A DNA stretch of 63,549 bases, counting the filler, from Octopus bimaculoides (Eukaryota): assembly GCF_001194135.2 (NCBI RefSeq). It is 6 parts of 6 records of this genome, joined end to end, with 100 filler letters (N's around TTAATTAATTAA, not from the genome) between each part and the next. Parts side by side here need not be neighbours in the genome. Positions count along the whole stretch, not along the records: positions 22,457 to 46,969 come from NC_068985.1; positions 47,070 to 61,190 come from NC_068991.1; 4 more parts are not named here. One strand, written 5' to 3'. The translations under genes were made by a program, and so were the position numbers. The notes under the pieces were generated by a model, which was given only the letters and a program-made list of their open reading frames with translations, made no database searches and was not told the DNA's origin. Every line of letters starts with the position of its first letter. The first letter of the stretch is position 1. Below are positions 42,590-55,031 of this stretch, piece after piece.

Positions 42590-43010
42590 TAATTGTCTCC
42601 CTCGAACTTTTTTAAGTCGACACCATCGGGAAAGGCATCAACACGGAAGGAATTCCAGAGGGTCGAGTTCTGAGAAGAACTGTTGTAGTATTTATTGCGA
42701 AGCTTATGGGGGTTAGAGAAAAATAAGGGATAATGAAAAGAGGAGAGATGAGTTGGATGGAAATGCCTGAGTGGAGGTGTATGGGGCATAGTGATCTCCG
42801 GGGAGTAGTGACCAATATAGATGCAAATAGGAAATGTCAGAGGAAGGGAACAGCGTGCCTGTGGACTAGAGACAGGAGCATGTCTGTCAGTGGTATTATG
42901 CTAATTAGATGGATGACTCTTTTCTAGATGTGGTCTCGGATGTCTGTGTGCGCCTAGATGTGAGAGCAATAATCCATTGTAAGCTTCACCATTCTGTTAT
43001 GGCCTAAGTT
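42590..43010 (-). mobile_element. CR1/L2-like LINE 3' fragment
   Basis: Minus frame LWNSFRVDAFPDGVDLKKF matches the LWNSLP..FP...L..FK C-terminal motif. Confidence 0.65.
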
Positions 43011-43099
43011 AGTAATGCTTTAACTATGGAACGAAATTTATACCATTTATATAATTTGTATTTATATAATTTAGATGGTCAATAATCGTTGGGGGTTGA

Positions 43100-44670
43100 A
43101 GTATCTTCTTCCACTGAAAGACCAATCGTTGGGATGCAGTCAAGTCTATAACATATAACATTTATAAGGCAATTGACTGATAAACAGTGGCACAGAATCA
43201 AAGACATAATCTATTATACATACATTTATATTATTTAACGTATGGTTCAGGTAACGCTAACTCTTCTATTCAACAGACTAGTTTTGGCGGGTAGCTATTT
43301 CTTCTGCTTCTAAACTAATAGCAAGGTAACAAAGTTGTTTTCTTATAAGTAATAGGGATTTTGTTGGAAAGATATTTATGGCAAGTGTAGATATTAAGTT
43401 ATATATACTTTTGATTTTACCTAAAAGAAAATGTATGTATTATGGGTTTTCATTTCTTAAAAGCTTTTGTGTAATATGTTACATTACATTTAGACCTCAA
43501 ATATAATTTTCTTGCCAAAAGTAATTTAATAAGTAAATTAATAATTCCAAGAAAATCTCATCGAACCAACAGAAGACGGTTCAGCTTATAAATACATACA
43601 TACATACATACATACAAAGCTCTACCTAAGAAGAGATAAAGGAGGTACAGGCTTGAGATCAGTGTAGACAGCCTTTGAATGTCGTATAGTCTCTCTCAAA
43701 CAACACTTGTTAAGCAATAGCAGCAAACATAAATACATTAGCTTAATGCTAAAAAATGAAAAGAACAATGTTCTACGTGTTAGCAGTGAGCTTCTGAGGA
43801 AGCATCCTCTTTCTGATGAACTGCCATACAACCCCAAAACAGCTGGACCTCAGAGAAGACCTGGATGCGAAACGCTCAGCATACAAAAAAAAAAAAAAAG
43901 TCATGCATGAGTATGTTTCCCACAAATTTGAAGAAGACAGTAATATTAACATGAAGCGTAGCGTCTCTTGATCTCGTGACAGCTACATCACACCACACTT
44001 CGAAGGCTATGCATTTACAATCCAAGAACAGGAGCTTGCTACTAAAACCTAATAAACGAAAGAAATACTGAAGCCCCTGGAGTTCCAAGACGCAACCGAA
44101 AATATAGAATATGTCATTTTTCTATGGAAGATATCACACATGTGATTAATAGATACTCAAAATTGTCATCAAGGTACTACATCCTTATGTGACACGATGT
44201 TGTCGCAAAAACAATATACAATGTCATTCATAAAAAAGACTGCTCTGGAATAAATATAGAGAATCTCCGTTACTGAGTACATACACAAGCAATCCAAGGA
44301 ACACTGGTGGAACATTTTCATGAAAGCATCTGTCAAGTGTAAGCATAACAGGCCAGAAATTGTTGTTTGGTACAGACAAACAAAAGTATGTACCGTGATA
44401 GAGGTCAGCTGTCCTGCTGGTGTGAATATCTCTTTGAAAATAAAAGAGAAAGATGGTAACTATGGACAACTGCTTCGAAACCTCCAGCTTCTATATCCAG
44501 ATAACAAATTTACATTGGTAAACAATAATAATTGGTGTACTTGGTTTTGTGAGTAAATGTTTAAGTGACACATCGCATGAGCTTGGATTTTCAGAAAAAG
44601 AAATCAACCGACTAACTCGCATATTACAAATACAATCTGTAAGTGGAACAGTAGAAATATGCAAATTTTC
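43100..44670 (+). mobile_element. Decayed R4/Dong-like LINE, 3' portion
   Basis: LYLRRDKGGTGL, and HNRPEIVVW...CTVIEVSCP (RLE); left boundary approximate. Confidence 0.8.
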
Positions 44671-44737
44671 TCATGTTAAATATAAACATGTACACACACA
44701 CACACACACATGTATAAATATACATATGTGTGTGTAT

Positions 44738-44767
<30 letters not shown>

Positions 44768-44772
<5 letters not shown>

Positions 44773-45012
44773 AATTTATATAAGGGCATTACTATACAAT
44801 AATGCCTCACGCTTAGAGGGACTTCATAAGTCAAAACTACCAAAATAATCACATTTTTACCGATCGCGAGGGAATGCAACTTTCAAAGTTAACCTCCTAA
44901 AAACTTTTAACTTAACGGCAAACCAATGGTTTCATAATTAACACAGCAAAACTATGTAGTAAACTATGCGTGGGGCATTATTGTATAGTAATGCCCTTAT
45001 ATAAATTAGATT
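44768..45012. mobile_element. MITE with about 45-bp inverted ends
   Basis: tatataagggcattactatacaataatgcctcacgc ... gcgtggggcattattgtatagtaatgcccttatata. Confidence 0.8.
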
Positions 45013-45132
45013 ATATATATTTATGGGGAAAAAATGATGGGTTTTTTCCTTATGAGGTTATTTCACGCTGACTACTTGATAAATTCTTAGAAAGATTTTA
45101 TCCTTACATTATATATATATATATATATATAT

Positions 45133-45193
<61 letters not shown>

Positions 45194-45313
45194 AGGAGAG
45201 AGAGAGAGAAGGAGAGAGATAGAGAGAGTGAGTGAAAGAGTAAGAGAGAGAAAAGTCAGAAATAGCAGTGAAGTTATATTTTTAAAACCAACGCAAAATA
45301 ATGAAATTCTTAC

Positions 45314-46206
45314 CAGTTTTCTTCGTTTGTATTTTCTTTCCCTTCCGTCTGTGTTTGGTTTTCTAGATGTTCTTGTAAAGCTGTTGAACGACTTGATCTA
45401 ATCTGTATATCAAAAACACTCTTAACATAATCCGTAGCACGTTTGTTGTTCGGCTTTAAAACACTTAATAATTCTTTATCGTTTTCATTCAAGTCTTTAT
45501 ACAAATCTTTTGCTTTTTCTTCAAATTCAACTTCCTCTTGCGATAATTCCCGGGAATGATGACTTCCAGAATGTGATTTCTTAGATTTATTAGATTTAGC
45601 ATTCAATTTCTTACTTTTAATAGGAACAATTGGTTTAACTGGAATGCTATCCTCTTTCTGTTGAACCTTTTTTGATTCTTGTTCAGGAATATTGTTTTTG
45701 TTAATATCACAAGCAATTTTATCAATATCGGACGAACTTTTTGATTGATTTCCGTTTTCCAGATTGTGTGGCTCGGACTTACCTGATAAAGTTTCTGTAT
45801 TGTTTTCTATTGACATTTTTCTTTCAGGTGTCTCGAAACTACGACATCCGTTTTGAAACATTATTTCATTGGGAAAGCTAGAGGACATAGGGTCAATTTG
45901 AGTCTTGGAGATGGATTTTTTCTCGCCCATTTTAGCAGCTTCGTCAATAAATAGATTAGGTGTGGAATTGGTATTTACCTTGGAAATGTCAGTAAGTTGT
46001 GGTGAATGGTATTTGACGTATATATCTGGTGACGAACAACGCGAAACATCTGACTCGTTAATCGGTCTCCAACCACTGTCTTGTTGCTTATAATATGCTC
46101 GTTCCGTATGCTTTAAAGGCATAGACCCAATGCTAGCACGACCTGATGCCACACATTTTCCTAAGCGTGTTCGGTTTGGTAGTAACAGGGAGTAAATAGA
46201 AGTTGT
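45314..46206 (-). CDS. Shroom: Shroom, large low-complexity internal exon (TTSIYSLL...EEN), phase 0 to 2
   Basis: Open 893-nt exon bounded by tttcatttgcag acceptor and G|GTAAGA donor; phase joins the downstream exons that encode the ASD2 domain. No upstream exon securely found. Confidence 0.85.
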
Positions 46207-46590
46207 CTGCAAATGAAAGAAAATATATATATATATATATGTATGTAAATAATTATATAACCATTTACGTAGTTAGTCTAACGATTAAAGCACTTTATTT
46301 CCTATTCAACGCGCCTTTCCAAGAAGCCGATCCTCTATTTTGTTGAACGTCTACTGTTAGCGTGCCAAACATTACTTACTCGTTGATTTTTAGTAAGACA
46401 CATTGTTCAATAGAGGATAATATTTAGATTCAGTGTTGGCGGACAGCTCAGCACCTTATGACCGGATCCGTTTTGCAAGCTTTCAGATCCTTCCTTATAC
46501 ATGTAATTATTGCTTACCATTACTAATAATAAATACAGTGTTAGTGGGTGTGATGATTAAAAATAATTGTTTTATTATTTAAAGTTGTGA

Positions 46591-46780
46591 AGGCGGCGAG
46601 CTGGCAGAATCGTTAACACTCCGGACGAAATGTTTAGGAGTATTTCTTCTGATACTACGTTCTGAGTTCAAATTCCTTTCGGGGTCGATTAAATAAGTAC
46701 CAGTTACGCACTGGAGTCAATGTAATCAACTTAATTCCTTCCCCCAAATTTGAGGTCTTGTGCTTCCAGTAGAAAGGATT
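46591..46780 (+). mobile_element. SINE family 1 copy
   Basis: Same head and tail as 60173-60392. Confidence 0.85.
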
Positions 46781-46969
46781 ATTTAAAGTTGTGTAAATTA
46801 CTCCCACTACTAAAATGTTCAAGTATTGGGGTCGGAAGTCCACGATAGAATAAACATCTTTATGATTAATCTAAAGGATTTGAAAAAGCTATAATTTATG
46901 TAATAAATTCTTATTGCTTAGCTTCCAATATTGATTCACTTAAATATTTTAATGACAATCTGTTCAGAA

Positions 46970-47069
46970 NNNNNNNNNNNNNNNNNNNNNNNNNNNNNNN
47001 NNNNNNNNNNNNNTTAATTAATTAANNNNNNNNNNNNNNNNNNNNNNNNNNNNNNNNNNNNNNNNNNNN
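46970..47069. other. Assembly placeholder gap: 44 N + TTAATTAATTAA + 44 N (also at 3470, 15165, 22357, 61191)
   Basis: Identical 100-bp layout five times; the 12-mer has stops in all six frames. Confidence 0.95.
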
Positions 47070-49076
47070 AAAGAGAAAAAGAGAAAGTAAGAAAGAAGAA
47101 GAAGAAGAAGAAGAAGAAGAAGAAGAAGAAGAAGAAGAAGAAGAAGAAGAAGAAGAAGAAGAAGAAGAAGAAGAAGAAGAAGAAGATCATAGTAATTGAA
47201 CTTCCAGCTTTGGTTTTCATGTTTCATATATAATTTCATTGAAGGGCTCATCCTTTTGTTGGATCGATGTTTATGGAAATTAGGAGTGGTGTATACGAGT
47301 TTGTCGTGAGAGGGAATAGATGGTTATGTAAAGAGAGTGATAGAAATGGAGAGAAAGAAGGTAATTATTATCAATAGGTAAGTGTAGAGTAAAAGGGTTG
47401 AAGTTTGTGTTCGTTTGGCAGCAATCACTGGCCTTATTAAGTTTAGCATGTGAGATTATTGTTTACTCACGAGGAAAGAAAATGAAAACTCTATTATATA
47501 CATAGATTCTCCAACCAACCTCAAAATTTAGTAAGACACCTCTTTAAGACCATATCACTAAGTCTCTCCGTTTCATTTTCAAATAAGTGTTTAATCAACG
47601 AAATAACAACAATAAACAATGAAACACAATAGTAGTTATAAAGGAAAGACCAACACATAAAGACACTAAAGCAACAGTAAATATATATATGTGTGACACC
47701 ACATTTCCTGCTTAACACAAACTTTTAACCCTTTTTTTAAACCTAACAAAACTCAACTCTCATGCATCCTTATTTTTCCTACCAATTTATACATGAACTA
47801 CTATTGAACTACAAAAGCTCAAAGACAATATAATGTATGGGTATATTTATTTTTTTTATATATTATTGTTTTATATATTATTTTCTTCATTTTGTACTTT
47901 TTTGTACTTCTTTGTAAAAAAACATTTTCATTCTCCTTCTTGATAATTTGCTTCATCGCAATGAAAACCGGTTAGAAAAAATCTTAATTAAATTATNNNN
48001 NNNNNNNNNNNNNNNNNNNNNNNNNNNNNNNNNNNNNNNNNNNNNNNNNNNNNNNNNNNNNNNNNNNNNNNNNNNNNNNNNNNNNNNNNNNNNNNNNNNN
48101 NNNNNNNNNNNNNNNNNNNNNNNNNNNNNNNNNNNNNNNNNNNNNNNNNNNNNNNNNNNNNNNNNNNNNNNNNNNNNNNNNNNNNNNNNNNNNNNNNNNN
48201 NNNNNNNNNNNNNNNNNNNNNNNNNNNNNNNNNNNNATATATATATATATATATATATAGGGTGATTTATTACACAGTTCATTATGACATACTATTAATA
48301 CGCGCACTCATTTCGTAACCTAAAAAAGAAATCGATACTTCACTGAACATTATCATACATACATATATACATACATACATACATACATGCAGGCATGCAC
48401 ACATACATACACACACACACACACACATACATACATACATACATACATGCATGCATACATACATTTGTCATTGCCTTTGGCGCATTTTTTGTTGGAATTG
48501 CCATTGCCTAAGGGCGAATTTTTGTTGGAATTTCCTGTAATTCTCTTTCGGTCAGATTCTCTGAGGAATCAATTGAAGAAATTCAAAATAGTGAGAGAGA
48601 CAAGTAAAAATATTACAGAACCATTTGTTGTCTTCTGAACACCAGTATATGAATGAACAGTGTGCTCAGATGTGGGAAAAATTCATTGCCAGTGAATATA
48701 AATTGGCAGAGAATACGTATCCGTTAGTGAAAATTTATCTTTCTTCGATAAGTACAAAGAAATTTACAAATAATGGTGAAATATTTCCAAAGGCTTATAT
48801 TTTTATCTGCAAAAGGAAGTCTATCCTTATTCCATAACATTTATGTACTGCCGATCAACGTATGGTGTAAAACAGTATCAATTTGATCAACCTTCAACTC
48901 TCGAAATATAATCTATTGTTAATGAAACACATAACATTAATTCTATAAAATAATGTTCCACATTAACATTTCGATGATATTAAATATATATTGTTACGTA
49001 ACACCCTGAACTATCTATACTATTTAATCTTCTTTCAATGTTTGAAATTTTCTTTACAATTTTGTTCCCTTTTCAG

Positions 49077-49279
49077 CTATATTTTCTTAGCTCCCTTGCT
49101 CTGGTATGCGAGCTATACCCACAGGAAAAACGTATCATGGTGTCTGGAATATTTATGTGTACCTGGGGATTATTTAGCTCTTCTCTTGGGTTGATAGCCT
49201 ACCTGTTAAAAGATTACGGTTGGAACACGTTATTCTTGTTTAATACTGTCATCTCAGGATACTTTCTTGTGGATTTCTT
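49077..49279 (+). CDS. SLC22-like organic ion transporter exon (LYFLSSLALVCELYPQEKRIMVSG...DF), about TM4-TM6
   Basis: cccttttcag acceptor, TT|GTAAGT donor; hydrophobic helices and an E-x5-R loop motif; phase 0 to 2. Confidence 0.85.
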
Positions 49280-49591
49280 GTAAGTACTATTTACATACCT
49301 CTTACATACAACATACTCCTACCCCCAGACGAATTCCACTCACAAATAGAATATGAGCAAATGTGAGCACCGATCCCTTCATCTTTATCCATGCCAATCA
49401 TCATTATTACTCACTCCACCATTCCTAACCACCACTATCATTATTATTGTCCCCTTTCATCAGTGATTTCATTGCTATCTTCATCATCGCTATTGGAACC
49501 GCTGTTATAGAGTTCGATGAGAAAACAATAACTTCGATATTAAATAAACTTTTTACCTGGCGTGCTAACGATTCTACCAGCTCACCGTCTT

Positions 49592-49594
<3 letters not shown>

Positions 49595-49624
<30 letters not shown>

Positions 49625-49768
49625 AAGAAGAAGAAGAAGAAGAAGAAGAAGAAGAAGAAGAAGAAGAAGAAGAAGAAGAAGAAGAAGAAGAAGAAGAAGA
49701 AGAAGAAGAAGAAGAAGAAGAAGAAGAAGAAGAAGAAGAAGAAGAAGAAGAAGAAGAAGAAGAAGAAG
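49595..49768. repeat. (AAG)n microsatellite
   Basis: Uninterrupted trinucleotide run; similar runs at about 47095-47185 and 63315-63450. Confidence 0.98.
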
Positions 49769-49799
49769 CCTATTGTGACTTTCCATAGTGCTTCTAAAT

Positions 49800-51130
49800 A
49801 TACATATTAGTGGTTTCCTGTCGAATGTTAGCCTCTCATACCAAAATCCAACCATTAGTGTTCTTCCAAGTGCCTTCCTCTAATATAATTTATCCACAGC
49901 TATTATGAAAATTTCCGGATCAATTGTATATATTTTACTATTGTTGCAGATACACTATTCTCTCCTTACTGTATTTAGCCACGATGCATTAACTTTGAGA
50001 TCCCTCTCTTCGTTCCAGATTTTCAGTCAGAATGATTCAAGGCGGTCTTGAGCGGGGGCTTCGTTAACGGTAATATTTTCCTTCCTGAACTCTCTGTATA
50101 ATGTCTGTAACTTAGAAGCAAGCTTGTGGTTTATACAGGTTCGTTCAAATGTTCGCCTGCAATAGCGAAGATTTTCGCTTACCTCTCCCTAAGTTCATGT
50201 TTTAGAACTTGGTGTGAAGAGTCACCATAGAGTTTTGTTGATTTATTCACAACATGTAATTGATGGGGTGTAAACTCATTATTCCTCTTACATTTTATTA
50301 CCGTAGTTAACCATCCAATATGGCGGCGCTAATTATTGATTTCCTCAAGTTTTGTTTTCCTTCTAGGTTGCTCCGGTTTAGTGGTTTCATTACCATGTAT
50401 ACTGCAGATTTCTCCGATGTGTCCTTTAAGAGAGATAGCAGCTGTGTATATAAGGGTGTCAATATTCCAGTAATTAAAATCTCATGATTCCATTTGTTCT
50501 CCATCGACATTGTAGATAACTTTCCACATTAGTGCTGTTGAATTTTTAAAAAATCTTGTTGGAAATGACCTTGTCTCTAAACGATAGTTTCGAAGAAATA
50601 GAAAAGTTTTCTACCAACTGTAGTTTCTAGATGTTTCTATGTTGAATATATTCCAAAGTTGCCTCTGTTAACTCAGCAACATTTAAAGAAACTCGAGCAT
50701 TTAGTGGTGTCAGCAGCGTTTGTTTACACTAGTTTCGATTTTTCTTCTGGCAGGTTTTGGCCAGTTCTCAGTGATTTGAGATCGATTTACATCAGGATAG
50801 CAAGCCGTTCTAATGAAAGATACTTGTTGCCGAAACTGCTTCGCAGTAAAGGTGCCCAAGTTGGGGCGAGATTCGTCCCATTATTTTTTTAACCGCTTCA
50901 CATATCCATTAAAAGGGTCTTCACTTGCTTTTTCATAGCATCGAAAAACATTTTGGCTTAAATGTAGAATCCAAGTAAAATGAAAGGAGTGCTTACGTCT
51001 TCTCAGATAGCTTACTGTTGCAGTACTGTTGTTTACGTCGATAGAGTTCTTACTAATTTCAGCCATAATGGTGTTAATAAAATTCCACGTGATATACGGT
51101 ATATTTTTTTTATCTGGTCTCAATAGCACT
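49800..51130 (-). mobile_element. Decayed R4/Dong-like LINE, N-terminal ORF region, inside an SLC22 intron
   Basis: Broken minus-strand frames RCYEKAS...GYVKRLK, LYREFRK and KIWNEE...NASWL; boundaries approximate. Confidence 0.6.
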
Positions 51131-51305
51131 ACGTTGGTAAGTAAAAGGTGTTTCTCTTATCTGTAATGGGGGAATTAACCAGTTATTGATTTAGGATGAA
51201 GGAGTCGGCATAAATGTAGAAGAAAACGTTGAAAAAAATTTTAAACGGTTCTCTACGCCTATATGTCTGATGTTGACGGCGCCAATGTATGTATTAATGT
51301 GTATA

Positions 51306-51375
<70 letters not shown>

Positions 51376-51377
51376 TA

Positions 51378-51408
<31 letters not shown>

Positions 51409-51502
51409 ATTATTATTATATAATATATATATATATATATGTGGTGTTCTCCATAAAACTGACAAGGTAAGTTGAACTTTTAACTCTCGGTGACGTTGTA
51501 AT

Positions 51503-51552
51503 GGGCCACTGATGAAGATTAATCAAATCTGAAATCATTGATGATATGACTC
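51503..51552 (+). ncRNA. Type I hammerhead ribozyme-like motif (possibly degenerate)
   Basis: CUGAUGA core, stem II AGAUU/AAUCU, GAAA, stem III UCA/UGA, AUA triplet, stem I GGGCCA/UGACUC with one mismatch. Confidence 0.65.
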
Positions 51553-51742
51553 CATCTCGCTTGCCGTAGGGAACTTGTCTCCCTCGTCAGTCCTTAGAAA
51601 AGTACTCTCACGTGGCTAAGAGTTGTTTTGACTCTTATTTCTAGCAATGCTGGTGCTGACTAGCACCCTCAGTCACTTTAATGATGACTGTGCTTCTGCC
51701 TTTAGGTTCTAAATTGCTTACAGTCACTTTAATAACAACAAC

Positions 51743-51800
<58 letters not shown>

Positions 51801-51959
51801 TTATGTGAACTATTATTATTACTTAAGTCTGGCAATACCCTGTTCTTCAATTCAGCTGAGGAATTTACCATGATAGAAATATGAGTGAAATTGATATCAC
51901 CATTCCCATTAAATGGTACTTTCCCATTTCCTAATTAGAGGAGCCAGTTTTATCCTGAC

Positions 51960-53224
51960 AATTCTTTGTTTTACATAATTGAAGAGTTACATCTTCACTT
52001 TGCAAAGCGCAATTCATGGTGTCTGATTATATTGTGAGTTTTCTCTTGTAAATCAATTTTTGTGAACTCATGGATAAATCAAGAATTCGTGTTGTTTATG
52101 AATATGAGTTCCGTTGTGGAACCAATGCATCCCAGACAGCTCGAAACATCAATGAGGAGTGTGGTGAAGATGTGGCGAATGAGCGCACTGTACGTCGATG
52201 GTTTGAGAAATTGCGGTCTGCTGACGTTACTCTTGAAAATCAGCCCCGTGGTAGACCTGACACCAAGGTGGTTAATGATAATTCCAACTGTATTGGACCA
52301 TGTGAAAATACTTCACAAGAAGTTGATGGACACATGGAAGAAACCAGTCTTGAGTGTCGAAGTGGAAGAGGATACATCTCAAACTACGCGTGAGTTAGCA
52401 GTAAGGTTTGATGTTTTAATTCCAACTGTATTGGACCATGTGAAACAAATCAGCAAGGTAAAAAAGCTAGATAAGTGGGTACCACAAGAACTGAACAAGC
52501 ATCAAATGACACGTCGTCTTGAAACTTGCTGTTCTTTGCTGTCATGGCTCAAAAGTGAACCGTTTTTGCACCGTATTGTTACGTGTGATGAAAAATGGAT
52601 TCATTTCAACAATAGCAAGCGCTCTCCACGGTAGTTGGATAGAGACGAAGTGCCAAAAAACAACCTCCAAAAAGAATATTCACCAAAAAAGCTAATGGTG
52701 TCTGTTTGGTAGTCCAGCGCTGGTGTCCAGCTTCATGTGACCTGGTGACTCAATTACAGCGGATGTATATATCAACCAATTGGATAAAATGATGCGTTAA
52801 CTTGTAATTAAACAACAGAGATTGGTCAGTAGAGGCTCTCAATTCACTTGCAAGACAATGACCGACCATATGTTGCAGAAAGAACGTTACTCAAGTTACA
52901 GGAACTGAACTTGGAAGTACACTGTCATCCACCATATTCCTCAAACCTTGCACCAACTGACTATCATGTTTTCCAAGCATCATACAACGTTTTACAAAGA
53001 AAAAAAATTCAAATCTGAAGATGTAAAAACAGCCTTTCGTGATTTCATCACCTCTTGCTCTCCAGAATTCTTCTCTGTCGGCATAAATAAGTTACCGATA
53101 ACATAGCAAAATTGGGTTGATAATTTACGTGCATACTTTGATTAAGTGCATTGCTTTTGTTGAGATAAAGTAAAATAAATTTTCAGTTCATAATCGGTGG
53201 ACTTTTCATTCTTAATGACCTGAT
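51960..53224 (+). pseudogene. Mariner transposon with inactivated transposase
   Basis: MDKSRIRVVYEYEF...RTVRRWF, KWVPQEL, IVTCDEKW, later QDNDRP and YSSNLAPTDYH; frameshift and stops; right end ...cttaatgacctga-TA; left TIR not seen. Confidence 0.92.
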
Positions 53225-53249
53225 ATATATATATATATATATGGTCATT

Positions 53250-53632
53250 ATATTGACAACTGTATCGGTGCGTTCTCACTCTCCCGCCAACAACTAGACT
53301 CCTTTCTCTCTTTTGTCTAATCTTTCCATCCTACCCTCCACTTATTCTGCATTATCTCCGACATTTCCGTCGCCTTTCTCGACATTTCGGTCAGCATTCA
53401 TTACTCCACTCTCACCACCTCCATCCACTAGAAACACACAGACTCACACTCATACCTTAACTTCTCCTCCTCCCACCCTAAACACGCCAAGCTCTCCATC
53501 CCCTATTCTCAATTCCTCTGTCTGCGCAGGCTTTGTAGTGACAACCATGACTTTGAGACTCAGTCTCAACTCATGGCTCGCCACTTCATCCTTCGTGGAT
53601 TTCCCCTCACCACTATCCACACCACTATATAT
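53250..53632 (+). mobile_element. Penelope-like RT fragment
   Basis: With frameshifts: QLDSFLSF, ISVAFLDISV, TDSHSYLNFSSSHP and SIPYSQFLCLRRLCSD. Confidence 0.8.
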
Positions 53633-54030
53633 NNNNNNNNNNNNNNNNNNNNNNNNNNNNNNNNNNNNNNNNNNNNNNNNNNNNNNNNNNNNNNNNNNNN
53701 NNNNNNNNNNNNNNNNNNNNNNNNNNNNNNNNNNNNNNNNNNNNNNNNNNNNNNNNNNNNNNNNNNNNNNNNNNNNNNNNNNNNNNNNNNNNNNNNNNNN
53801 NNNNNNNNNNNNNNNNNNNNNNNNNNNNNNNNNNNNNNNNNNNNNNNNNNNNNNNNNNNNNNNNNNNNNNNNNNNNNNNNNNNNNNNNNNNNNNNNNNNN
53901 NNNNNNNNNNTATATATATATATATATCTACACGCGTATTATAAATGTACACACGGTCTCAGATACTCATTTACTTTAGAATATCTTCCCAGACAATTAT
54001 TACCTTATATTTACCTTATTATGCTTACAG

Positions 54031-54363
54031 TTTCCTGAAGGAATCTGTCCGGTGGCTTTTTGCCAACTCGAAAGTAAAAGCAGCCGAAAAAATTATCAAA
54101 CAAGCAGCAAAACAGAACAAAGTCGACTTTGATAAAGTCTGGAGCATAACTTCAGAAAATACTTCACAAGAAGTTGATGGACACATGGAAGAAACCAGTC
54201 TTGAGTGTCGAAATGGTAACTCCAAAGTCCAACAAGATGTCACAACTGTTGCCCAACATACACAACTACAAACTGAAAAAGAATCCTCACTGCTTGTCAA
54301 GTTACTTGCTATCTTTAAATCACCCTATCTGAGGAAAGTAACCATCGTTGTGTCTATAGAACG
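54031..54363 (+). CDS. SLC22-like exon: FLKESVRWL (PESPRWL motif), central cytoplasmic loop, IFKSPYLRK
   Basis: atgcttacag acceptor, CG|GTAAGT donor, 333 nt, phase 2 to 2. Confidence 0.9.
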
Positions 54364-54896
54364 GTAAGTTTCACCGCCTTATTGTTGATATTATTGTAAT
54401 AGTTACCATTAAATATTCAGAAGAATAATCAACGATATGACTTTTGTTAAAGTAACTTTGATTGTGCTTGAATATCAGAATAGACAATATATTATAATTT
54501 TTTTTTCCTGATGATTAGAAAGTATGGTATATGAAACTTATCTTTGTAAAGAATATTAATGAAGTAAGATATATCTATGAAAACCGTGTAAACTATTTCT
54601 CTATAACTTTGACACACGTGTGTTTAAATTCTTTTATCACTCTAGTATCCACAAGTTGTTGATCAGTATTAAACTAATTTACATGCAGTCATTTCTATCT
54701 TACACTTGTTTTCTTAAGTTCATCTTGAAAATCTCGTCAGTTTATAACGTTAACTTTTCCTTGACGCAATATTCCCTTAAGCACAAACATTCATAGTCAA
54801 AAATATATATCAGACCTATTACATAAAGCCTGGTTAAAATGTCTACAATCCATATTAATAGAGTAAGTTAACAGTGTTTGTTTCTTTGGTTTACAG

Positions 54897-55031
54897 GGCT
54901 GTAAATGTAAGTTCATGGAACAGTGTTTTTCAAATGATGGAAGTTTTTGCTGGCAACATCTATCTCAATTCTTCTGTGGTGGCTTTATTTGAGGTATTTT
55001 CTAATGGAATTTACTCTGTGCTAGCAAGAAG
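54897..55031 (+). CDS. SLC22-like exon (AVNVSSWNSVFQMMEVFAGNIYLNSSVVALFEVFSNGIYSVLAR), TM7-TM8
   Basis: ggtttacag acceptor, AG|GTAATT donor, 135 nt; GNIYLN and later E motif typical of SLC22. Confidence 0.88.

Noticed and set aside
48625-48837. Plus-strand ORF (FIASEYKL...KRKSILIP) as the missing SLC22 TM2 exon
   Set aside because: The spacing vaguely fits SEWDLVC...GRK, but there is no Cys, no hydrophobic helix and no fitting splice sites.
50307-51129. Minus-strand ORFs as upstream Shroom exons
   Set aside because: They are broken frames of an RLE-type LINE and lack usable splice sites.
52062-52634. 190-aa ORF as an active transposase or domesticated gene
   Set aside because: It is a frameshifted mariner with later stops in the DD34D region.
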